A stretch of DNA of 63,537 nucleotides, filler included, from Reclinomonas americana ATCC 50394 (Eukaryota): the NCBI GenBank assembly GCA_048213135.1. It is 19 parts of 19 records of this genome, joined end to end, with 100 filler letters (N's around TTAATTAATTAA, not from the genome) between each part and the next. Parts side by side here need not be neighbours in the genome. Positions count along the whole stretch, not along the records: positions 36,347 to 47,635 come from AFZH01022956.1; positions 47,736 to 53,969 come from AFZH01022957.1; 17 more parts are not named here. The stretch is one strand, 5' to 3'. Below are positions 39,201 to 50,700 of this stretch, in pieces (within the stretch, counting starts at the first letter, position 1; each line of letters begins with the position of its first letter). Made by a program: the position numbers and the translations under genes. The notes below the pieces were generated by a model. The model worked only from the letters and a program-made list of their open reading frames with translations, did not search any database and was not told the DNA's origin.

Positions 39201-42200
39201 ATTCAGATATCAGAAGAGATGGGAAGTATTGCAGGCGGAATTGGTGGCCACGAAGAAACTCCAAAAGGTCGAATGGACAGAGCCGGCCATTGCAAAACTG
39301 GTGCGCAAAGTGGGGAAGCGTCGTACAAGATCTCTAGCTTTGTCTGGATTTCCTGTCTCTCTCCCTCCCTTTCCCTTTCCCTTTCCCTCCTCCTCCCCCT
39401 CTCTCTCCTCTCACTCACACCCTCCTCACGCAGCGCGACAAAACTCTGAAGCTTCTTCAAGAAAAGGAGACTGCGCCTCGGCGACCTGCCAAGTTCTCCG
39501 ACGACCGCGGCATCTTGTCCATTCTGCGGGAGCGTGACTCGCGTGGCGTGCAGTCCAGCGGCATTGTGAGTGCTTCTTCTTCTTCTTCGTTGTCTCGTTT
39601 GTTTGCTCACTGTCAATTCGTGAGTGCAGTACGGTGTAGTAGCCGAGCTGGGGTTTGTCGACAAGGATGACGTGGATGCGACGCTGGCTACGTTCCTCGG
39701 GCATCGTATGAATGTGAGTCGACTCGTGCTCATTGCGTTTTGGGCGCCAGTTGTTGGTGACACCCCTCTTGGGCGCAGACGATTGTGGTGGACTCGCAGC
39801 AAGTGAAGGATCGCATTGGGGAGCGACTGTCGTCGCACAGTGAGCGACTCGGCGTGCTATCGCTTGACATGGTCGTCATGAGTGGGGTGACCATGAGTGC
39901 CGACAAAACGGCGTTTGAGATGAAAACGCCCGACGGTATTCGAGTTGCGTGGGACAGAAGGAGAAGAGAGAGAAGAGGGGGTGAAAGGGAAGGGGGGAGA
40001 GGAGGAGAAGGAGGAGAAGGAGGAGGAGGAGTGGGGAGAAGAGGAGGAGTACGCAATGCAATCTCTCTCCCCATTCTTCGCTCTCTATCCGCTGTTCCAC
40101 TGTCATTTTTCTTCGTTCGCTGTCATTTCGCTGTCATCTCCTTCCCTGCTTTCGCTGCCACCTCGCTGTCATCTCCTGTCGAGTTGCGTGGGACAGAAGG
40201 AGAAAAGAGAGAGAGGAGGGGGTGAAAGGGAAGAGGGTTGATAGGGAAGGGGGAAGAGGAGGAAAGGAGGAGGAGGAGGAGGGAAACGAGGAGGAGTATG
40301 CAATGCAAGCTCTCTTCCCATTCTTCGCTGCCACCACGCTGTCATCTTTGTCTCCATTCCTCGCACCCTTTTCGCTGTTATCTTTTTGCGCTGCCATCTT
40401 GCATTCATCTTTCTCCTCATCTTTTGCTGTCGTCTCGCTGTAATCTCCTTTGCTGTCGCCTCTTTGTGATCTCTCTTCCCATCCTTTGCTGTAATCTCGC
40501 ATTTATCTTTCTTCTCTTCCTTCGCTGTCATCTTGCTGTCTGCTTTCTTCGCTGTCATCTCGCTGTCGTCTCTCTTCCCAACCTTCGCTGTCTGCTGTCA
40601 CTTTGCTTCTCATCTATTGCTGTAATCTTACTGTTTTCTTTCTACCCAGTCTCTTTTTCTTTCTCATCCTTCGCTGTCAACTCGCTGCGCTCTTTCTCTC
40701 CATTCTTCGCACCCATCTCGCTGGTATCTCTCTGCGCTGCCATCTTGCATTCATCTTTTCCTCATCTTTTGCTGTCATCTCACTGTCATTCTTCTTTCCG
40801 TCCACCGCTATCGTCTCGCTGTCGTCTTTCTCCCTGTCCTTTGCTGTCATCTTGCTGCCATCTCCTCACCCTTTGTGCACACAGACCGGCGAGTCGGGAT
40901 TTGTCGGATACGCGGTAAACCTGATCAGGCTGAGCGAGCACAGTCAGCCGGAGCTGCGCTACGTGTTCTACGCACTGTTCTCCAACGCCATGGTGTTCCA
41001 GACAAGTGCCTCGATGCGCGCCTATCGCCTCAAGGTCCGTGTCGCGACAGAGCTGCCGCAGTGGACTGATGATGAGAGCGCTCATTCCCTGTTGTCGTGG
41101 TGGTGGAACACAGCTGGCGAAAGAGCGTCTCTCGTGCCCGTTGCTGATCTCGTTGGATATGGATCGCGTGGAAAAATCCGGCATTCAGTACATTGGCAAG
41201 CGCACCGAGCCTTTGTCGTATCGCTTCGGTCAGCTGCCGGCCAGCGAGAGCAAGGACTTGAAGTTGCTGCGCAAGATATATGGTTGGTTGGTCGAGTCGG
41301 CGCTGCTTGTGCTTTCACATTGCACCCACATTTATTGGTGTGCCAGAGGGGACGAGCACCATGCTGGACGTTATGCAGAGAATACAGCAGATCGAGGAGA
41401 ACGAAGTGGCGCCTGCCCGCGAAGTGGTCGACGCAGTTGCGTTGTGGAGGGGGGACAGAGGAGAGAGAAGACTGCGGAGAAGAACTCATCGGGTTGGATG
41501 CTCGCAGATCGCGGAAAGAGAGGCCTCGCGTGTGGCCGAGTGGGAGGCCGAACTGGGAGCCCTGCAGCGCGAGACCGAGCAGCTCAATCGACAACTGGAC
41601 GCCAGTCGCATGGCTCTTGCCAGGCAGCAGCAGCAGCCAGAGGCAGCCGGTAAGAAGGGCAAGAAGGCGGCGGCGGCAGCAGCAGCGTCGGCGCCGAAGC
41701 GAGGTCGTGAAGTGACAGAGTCGACTGGCCGAACGGACAATGTGGATGCCGACAATGCCGATGACGAGGAGGCGCCGAAGAAGCGGGCGAAGAAGGCGGT
41801 GGGAAAGGCGGTGGGGAAGGGGAAGGGCAAGTCGGGGAAGGTGGTGGTGGTGGCGGTGGAGGAGGAGGGGGAGGAGGAGGAGGAGGATGGCGGGGATGGG
41901 GGTGCGAGGGCGGATGTGGTGGAGGAGATTGATGATGGTGAGTGGTGGGGTGAGAAGGGGAAGGGGGGAAGAGGGAGAAGGGCTGAGGCAGCGATCTTCT
42001 GTAGCACTCGTTGTCGACGGTTGTGGAGATAGAGTTGATGCTGTTGCAGATTTTGATTGCAGCATGTGGGAATGGAGCGATGGGTCTTGCAGAATGATCA
42101 GTGACTTTGTTGAAATGTGTGAAAGCAGAGAGGAGACAACTGCTTGAGAAGCCTCTTAGACGTATATGTGGAGGAAGGAAGCGAGGGCGAACGGCAGTAG

Positions 42201-43011
42201 AGAGTACTTGCTTTTTCAAAATGATCAGGCGCTATGGTTGATATATGTGTGCTGGGAGAGCGGAGAGAGTGGCTTGAGAAGTGAAGAAGTCAGGGGTGAT
42301 CTGCAGTGGAGAATATGTGGAAAATACTTGGTAGTTGCTCTTGCAGAACGATAAGTGGTTGCAGTTGTTGTGCGTGAGACGCGAGAGGAGAGAGCGGAGC
42401 ACCGCTTGAGTATGTGTGGAGAATGTCGCCGCGGTTTTCAGCCTATCTGATCCGGAATATTGGGAAACGATGGCGCAGATGTGATATAGAAAGGAAGATA
42501 CGTTGAACTCCGTTCAGTAGCTCGTGTCGACGAACATGGACATTCATGTCTGTGTGTTGCTGAGCACATTCGATGGTCATTAACCTTTCCCTTCCCATTC
42601 CTTCCCCCGCATGTGCAGCAAGCACCCCTCAAGTGAAACCACGCAAGACTCGCAAGCAGCAGCGACAGGAAGAGGTGGCGGCGCGCATGAAGCCGCACAC
42701 CCCGGCGAAGAAGCGCTTGCTGGAGGACAACGAGGATGACGATGACGATGGCAAGGTTGTCGGCGGTCTCACTCTGGATGATCTCGATGGTGCGTGGAAG
42801 AGAGAGCATTTTTGGGGTGTCTTGATTTCCCTGTGGCTGACTACTTGGGGCAGAGGAGCCGTCGTCTTCCGCTATGCCAGTCGCCGGCGTGTCGTCGTCG
42901 GCCGCCAAGAGCAAGGCACAAAAGGCCTCGAAAGCGTCGTCTGCCAAGGGTGCGCCACCGCAGAAGCGCCGCAAGGTGTTGGGAGGAGGAGAGGATGCGG
43001 ATGATGAGTGA
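30641..43011 (+). CDS. SMCHD1: SMCHD1/GMI1-like protein: GHKL ATPase + transducer, long beta-rich linker, coiled coil, SMC hinge, basic tail (5' end missing, two internal gaps)
   Basis: Spliced motifs YLTSQFGRYGIGSKKAMFNLG, LAHIGHTYHYYIF, VQGMLYYFPYRNGQETLP and LECFWLGRLLP resemble SMCHD1 ISYFGVGGKQA, LAHIYHYYI, GIIRYHPFLYDRETYP and FECFWNGRLIP (from memory). Hinge motifs YGVVAELGFV..LGHRMNTIVVDS and GFVGYAVNLI..VFYALFSNAMVF..LISLDMDRVEKSGI. NLS-like PQKRRKV before TGA 43009-43011. Confidence 0.85.
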
Positions 43012-43094
43012 AATGGGAAAGTGAATGTATGACTGATGGCCAGATTCAAGAGGCAAGAGAGTTTACGGGTGCAGTTAATCGGCCACTAAGTGTG

Positions 43095-46000
43095 TCACAT
43101 TATCGAGCACTTTTTCTTCCGTAACGGCTCAAGTGGACGCAGTTGTTCTCGGTCTCGGCGACGTCGGCACTTCTCCAACCACGCTATGGCAGACACCGTT
43201 AAAGGACAACCTTCTTCCAGAACCGCTCGCCTGCCAGCAACGCACTCCATCAGCAGCGCCTCTGCCTCGGCCCATCGATGCAGCTTCATGAGCAGAGTGC
43301 CGTAGCTGCACATCGTCAGCAATACTTCTGCATGCCTGTCACCTAGCACCGCACGTCGTCCCTCCAAGCACTCACGATACAAATGAGCAGCTTCTGCCAG
43401 TGATTCTGGGGTGTTTTGTTGCTTGAGAGAATCCGCAAGATTGTGCATTGAGATGAGAGTGCCCGGATGTCGATCACCCTGCACTGATCGCTTCAACTGC
43501 ACGCATACTCTGTTCAGTTGAACCTTTTCTTCCAGACGGCTGCCATCTCGGATAAAAAAGGCGACGTTGCCTGTGGACGCCAACGTGTCAGGATGCTCTT
43601 CTCCGAGAACCCTTCTTCGCATCTCCCAGCACCGTCGACTGAGGGTCTCAGCATCAGCAAATCGATTTCGAATATAGTGCTCCGACGCCTGCCAGTGGAG
43701 AGTCGTCAACGAGTCCGGATGATTGTCACCCAGTGTCTCACACTGCCGTTCGTGACACTGTATCAGCAGCGGCAAGTTTTCTGAATTGAACGCAAACCGC
43801 ATTAAGCAGCGAAAAGCGTCAATCCGATCCAGCAAAGTCATCTCGCCACTCTCATTTCTCTCCCACTCCTCGTACAAACGCCACGCTTGCTTGCACGCGA
43901 CTGCACGAGCAATAATTGCATTCTTAAAAAACATCGAGTACAACCACCTTTGACACTTTGCCAGCACAATGGCGAACCGTCGTCGCACTGGACTCTTGTC
44001 ACCATCACGATGTGCGCGTTGACCACACTCCGTCATACGTTGTACGAGCGACGAGGCTATTGCATCGGCAAACCCACGAGATGGCAGATGTCCTCCGACA
44101 CAAAGCTCACTGATCCACTCAACAGCTCCGCACTGCAAAATAAGCCCATTCACACCAACAGCATCACTCGCCCAAATGCCGTCATCCTCATCCAACCGTC
44201 GCCACACTGTATGCAGCACACCGAGCAAGTCGCGCGATACCAACATCACACCGTCACTATCATTCCGCGAATCAATACCATTCAGCGCACAACACACCAG
44301 TCGCACAACCAGTCGCTGCATTCGTGACACTGCATCGCCACACCGTCCCACAATCCACCCAGCAATCTCGTCGTGCACTCGATACTCCATTGCCACGTTG
44401 CTCTCTCGCACCTGCTCACCACACAACACACGAGTTACGCTATCCATGCTGCCACTGACACCCACCGTCACCAGATTCGACAAGCACAGACCCTCCAACA
44501 CATCCTCCACTCCATCGCCACCGCGACCACCCACCAACTCATCACGCCGTGAACGCACTCGCTGCTCCTCCTCCTCACTCATCTCGTCAAACTGCAGTCG
44601 CTCACCCACCACCTCGGGTGCACGTCGTCGCCTATCCTGTGCCAGTGCATGCAGTCGCAGTCGACGCACACACTGACCCAACTCCACCAGTCGACCTGCT
44701 GCCTCCTCATCTTCATCCACTGCAGCCTGCTCACCACCATCACCACCATCCACAGCCACTGTCATATCGGGAATCACTCGCAACACACCAAGTGCCACTC
44801 GCGCAAGTGCCACTGTCACTGGCAAGCCAAGTTCCTTGCACGCCGTGATCAGCACCAACAGACGACGTGCAGCTGGTGTCTGAGACATCACATTGCGCTC
44901 CAGCAGCTGCGACAGCGCATCACCACCAATGCCACTCAGCACCTCCTCCAGTCGCGCTCCCACCAGCTGTGCTGGCGATTGTGACAGCAACCAGCTGCAT
45001 GATGATGAAGAGAAGAAGCAGAGAGAAGAGTGAGTCTTCTCATCCACACCACTAACTTGCTCACTCACTCACCCAACACAAGCACTCACTCGCAGTGCAC
45101 TCTTCTCCTGCTGTTCACCCTCCAGGGCCTCCACAATACGTCGTCGCACATCTCCCGATACCTTGTGTAGCAGTCGCTCCTCCACCAGCTGCACAATGTC
45201 CTCGTTCTCCACATTCTCCACTCGCACGCACTCCACCTCCGTCTCGTGCATCATCGAGTCACGAATCTCATCCGCCACTTGTCCATAGCGGCTCGTCACC
45301 ACCACAATCGGTGCCACCATTCCACCTGCACACAGACACACATGCATGATGCACATCAAGTCAGGATCCAACATCCAACCAAGAATGAGAATTCTCACTC
45401 ACGACAAACGAACCCTCATCAGCACACTGAACAACACTCCTCACTTGTTCCATCGATCCCACGTTGTCCAGCACCATTACTCCACTCGATGCCTGCATCA
45501 GCTGTCGCAGCAGACGACGTGCTGGTTCCACCTCGCCACTCGCCAGCAGCGCATCCACCTGGCAGGCCAACTTTCGTCCCTCTACTTCATCCACTCGCAT
45601 CTGCGCCGCCACGAAGGCACGCAGACACTCGCCCAGAGCACTCTCCGCCTGCAACATATGACCAGGAGAGAGCAAGAGTCAGAATGACAGCAGAAGTACA
45701 TTGCAACATGAAATGACAACATGAATGTTCCCGCAGCACACCTTCACATGCTCCCTCGCATCACCGACATGACCACGCATCTCCACCGACACGGCTGATC
45801 CCCTCCATCGGCGAGTCGCCAGCAACTCAGTCACCAGAAGCTCGGCCAGGAACGACTTACCAGTGCCACCATCACCCGTCAGCACCACCATGATTGGCTG
45901 ATGTGCTGCGCGAGAATCATCGTCACCCAGGACAGCATGATGAGACACACGCGAATGTGGAGAAGTAGCAAGGGGAGAAGAGAGAAGGAACACCCAACCT

Positions 46001-47533
46001 TCCACAGCATCCACCATGCGCGTGGCAAGTGACGCTGCCAGTGCACGTCGACTTGGGAAGCGGAACGTGGTCACTGGATTGACGGTGCGGGCTATGAGTG
46101 GTGTCTTGGGTGGGTGACTGCTGTCAGGAGCTGTGCGGTACGAAGAGAGTGAGTGAGAGTGAGCACAGAAATGCGCATTCTACGAAGGTCCATCTTGGAA
46201 CACACCGGCTGCAGCTGAGGGAGACGAGGGAGATATGCTCATCGCGTCGAGACGATGGTGCATTTCCATCCGCATCTGCTCAATCAACATGCACATGAGA
46301 AACAATGAACCTTCTGCAAGCGACCGCTTTCGCATGCAATTCCACTCAACTTGCTCCATGTGTGCCAGCAGCAACGACTGGTCAGCTTGATTCAGCGCAC
46401 CTGCATATACACACAACCAAGACAGCATCAGCTTCCACATTCAACGACCTCATCCACACACAAACACCAGCCATCTCTCCCTCCACTCACCGTCACGAGC
46501 CTCGTTCAGCTGCACCACCAATTCCTCCTCCACATCCCTACCGATCTGCAGTCGCCGCACAAGCTGATGCAACTCGCCCTCTCCTCCTCCTCCGTCGCCG
46601 AGTAGGGGCACAAAGAGTGCACGAGCTCGTGCGGGACTCGCCTGCTCGAACACATCCCTCATTCGCTCAATTGCATCGCGCTGTGATGATGAGAGAGTGA
46701 GAGACATGATCACACAGAGAGGGAGATCACACTCGTTCTCGTCTCCACTCATTCCCACACACTCACCACATCTCCCGCTGGAATCAGCCTATCCGGCTTG
46801 TCTCTCGGGTGCTCTTGATGACCCACCAGCAGCAAGATCGAGCAGCACAGCATCGCATCAAACGAACTGCAGTCGTGCAGCTGGCCTCGCTGATGCCACT
46901 CGCGCACCAGCTGGCGCTCTTCTTCGTTCAACTGGACGCACATGTCCACTCCGTCTGGCACGGTGCTGCATGGTGGGAAAGGCACAAAAGAAAGGAGGAT
47001 GCTGGTGAGTGAGTTATGTGTGCGATAAGAAAGAGGAGACATTCATCAGGAAAGAAGGTGGAGTCGTGTGTGGAGAGACAACAAAGAGCGTGAGAATGGG
47101 GAGAAAGGGATGATCAGTGCGTCACCATCTGCCACTCGCTTGTGCTCTTCTCTCATTCACATCTCCATTCTGCATCTTGCCAATGTGTGCTCCCATCTCC
47201 TTCTCCGCACACTCACCGCACATCACGCTCACTCGGCGACTTGCACCACTCGGCGACGTGATTCACACTGGGATACGAATCGAGAAACGCAGGCAGCACT
47301 TGCTCGAGTTTCGATTGCAGAGCGCGAGTGCATGGACGAGAGAGTGCTTGGACAAGATGTATCATGCATTCCTCGTCGCCAGGAACGCCATCGTGATGAT
47401 GACTGCACGAGAGAGAGAGAGAGGGAACGAATCACACACAATGTGAGAATGATGATGATGATGCATCTGACAACAACACCATGAGAGAGAGAGAGAGACG
47501 CAACTCACGCGGCACTCCACTCCCACTCGCCAT
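43095..47533 (-). CDS. NLR-like STAND P-loop NTPase + TPR (kinesin-light-chain type) protein with C-terminal polybasic CaaX
   Basis: Walker A GDGGTGKS (~45853-45876), Walker B VMVLDNV, sensor-1-like VVVTSR, repeats LGDNHPDSL / LGEEHPDTL / QGDRHPGTL / LGDRHAEVL; ends RKKKCSIM*. Confidence 0.8.
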
Positions 47534-47735
47534 GATAGTGCGTCACAACAAGAAGAACAACAATAGCAGCACGCTGACAATGTACAGGAGAATGACACTC
47601 TCTCTCTCTCACAATATAAGAAGCGGAGAAATGGGNNNNNNNNNNNNNNNNNNNNNNNNNNNNNNNNNNNNNNNNNNNNTTAATTAATTAANNNNNNNNN
47701 NNNNNNNNNNNNNNNNNNNNNNNNNNNNNNNNNNN

Positions 47736-50700
47736 AGCGGCAGTGAGGCGGGCGACGTCAGCGAGGACGCGCCAGCGGTACCGCTGTTGACGGCCACCGC
47801 TTTGACCTGGTACGCAGTGGCCGGCACCAGCGACACACTGGCGGCGGCGGAGCCGGAGGTGTTGGTGAATCCCACAATCTGCTGGTACGCACCCGAGTTG
47901 AACGTGAAGAGACCGTAGAAGCTCGTGGTCATCGATCCGTTGCCGGAGCCACCCGCAACACCACCCAGCAGTGCTGCTCCACCGGCATTGGAGGAGGCTG
48001 TACCGGCGTTCCACTGGAAGGCCCACGCCGAATTGCTGTTGCCGGCAGCGCCCCATGTGTTGGGCAACGACATGGCCACCACAAACGAAGTACTGCAAAG
48101 CTGATCCACCGCCACCAAGGTCGGCGAGCCGGGCAGTGCATTGCTACCGGCGAGGGTCACCGAGATGGCCGACGAGTACACCAAAGGGGCACCGGCGGCG
48201 GCTGAACCATTGTTGAATGCCACCGAGACCGAGCAAACGGAGCCGTTGAGGTTCGAGATCTTGGCCAGCACTCGGTTGCGGTTGATGGCGGCCGACGTCA
48301 CCAATGCCGACACCCCCAGGTCGGTGACGTGGCTCACGGTTGGCGCTTGCGTGGATCCGTTGTCACACGACGCCAGCACGTTCCAGGCCGCCGTTCCGGT
48401 AATGACACCCACCAACCCTGCCGGCCCTTCCCACTCCAGCCAGCACGCCGAGTTGGTGATGTAGCGAACTGTGCTTGCCAAAGTGGGCGCCGTGGGCGAC
48501 ACGGTGTTGGTGCCGCTGGCGCCAGTGGTCATCGAACCCGTCCACGCTGTCGCCGACCGGTTCACTTGCGTCTCCGTGTATACGCTGATCGTGTAGGCAG
48601 CAGAGGGATTGAGACCGGAGAGCGAGATCGACTGCCAGCTGCTGACTGTGGCGACAGTGGCCGTGACCGTGGTGCCATTGTTGAAACCCACCGGCTGCGC
48701 CGACCCAGTGATAAATGGTCGTTGAGTCGACCCCTGCGTCGTGAGAACCGTAAACGGAGAGCTGGCAAACGAAGCCGTCGACACGCCACTCGTTTGCGTG
48801 GAGAGGCCGCCTTGACCGACCGAGGTGGTCGGTAGCTGCAACCACACCACCGCCGAGTTGTTGGACACGTAGTAGATAGCATTGTCTGCTGCAGTGGGCA
48901 CAGCAGGCCGACCTACAGAGTGCGGAAAGTCATGAGTCAGTCGTCGCCCACCAGCTCATCGCCCAGTCTCTCTCTCTCTCTCACTCTCTCGCAGACACAC
49001 ATGATATGCGCACAACATTACATCATAACAAATAAGCAACAACGATAAAGACACGCAACTGCTGGCAGTCCAAATCGTCGATCCACTCGGAGACACACCA
49101 GACGAAAGTTGCAACACAGAGGAACTGTTGAGCGCCGACGCCAGCACCGAGGGACTGTACTGTCGACCGGGAAGCAGTCCAGACACCGAACATTGATAAC
49201 TGCGCATTGCGGAGAGACGCTGGTCGTGTGAGCTGCGAGTGGAGCGAGGAAACAAAAAAGGAAACCTGCTGGCGCACGCAACGAATCTTGCTGACCCGTC
49301 ATCTGTGTGTTGCACGACAGGCTGGTGCCGGACAGCAGAGTGCCGCGCAACGTCAACGCGAGACTGGCACCGATATTCACCGCCGCTGCCGTGAGTTGAC
49401 CGCTGCTGGGCGCCATCGCTGCGGCAGCGACGTACGTGGCTGGTGCGGCGGTGGGTGTGTAGTCAATCACAAACGTCATCGACACATCCGTAATGTCCAT
49501 CACAGAGACTGCTGCGGCAGCCGCCAGGGCACCGGCAGTGGCCGATGTGAACCTAGTGCCAAAGTCGTATGTGGTGATGTTGGAGCCGCAGCAGAACAGG
49601 CTTCCCGGGGTGGCTCCCGACGTCGTGGTCAGTTGAATGCCAATCACATTGTCGAGAGGCGCAACAACCGTGGCCACTGTGCCTGCCGACGACCCGCCAC
49701 CAGTCACCGTCACTGTCGGCACTGTGGTGTAGTTGCTGCCCTGAGAGCTCATGGAGACGGACACCAACGGGAAGCCCATCGTGACCGTGGCGGAGGCATT
49801 CGAGCCGGTGGCCGAAGTGAAACCAATTGTCGGCGGCTGCTGATAGTTGCTGCCGGCGTTGGTGACAGTTACTGACGCGACTGGGAAGCCCACCACGGCC
49901 ACCGCAGTGGCGGTGTTTGCGCCCACACCACCCGTAAAAGAGACGGAAGGAGCACTCGTGTAACTCGATCCGATGTTGTTGATTGTAAAGGACGCGATTG
50001 GGGCGCCAAGGACCGCTGTAGCACTGGCAGACACGTCGCCAGCTGCGCCCGTGAACGACACAGCCGGTGCCGACGAGTATCCCGAGCCGGGGTCCGTTAC
50101 CGTGATGGAGGTGATGTGCTTGCCAAGGCCCACCGTGTACTGCACCGTCGACTGCCCCGAGCCCGTCCCCGAGATGGTGAGACTCGGCGCCACCGTGAAG
50201 CCAGTGCCGGGATTGGTCACGGTGAATGACGCAATCGGCTGACCCAACAGCACTGTGTATTGCACCGTGCTCTGACCGGAGCCCGAACCCGAAATGGTGA
50301 GGCTTGGCGCCGACGTGTACCCGGAGCCAACACTTGTCACGGTGAACGACGCGATGGGCTTGCCCAGCACCACTTGCGTTCCCTGCGGGTTGACAAAGGA
50401 GCCGGTCGGAGTGAACGACAGGGTCGGCGTGCCGGTGTATCCACTTCCAGGATTGGTAATGGAGAAGCTGGAGATGGTCTTGCCGAGTGTGACCGTGGCC
50501 GACACAGATGCCGCACCGGAGCCGGTGCCCGTCAGTGTGATGGTCGGCGCGGGGTTGTACCCGGAGCCCGAGTTGGTGACCGTGAAAGACGCGATTGGGG
50601 CGCCCATGGTGACGGTGGGCGTCGCGGTGGAGGTTCCTTGACCAGTCAACGACACAGTGGGCGACGACGAGAAGTTGGCACCGGCGTTCGTGACAGTGAA

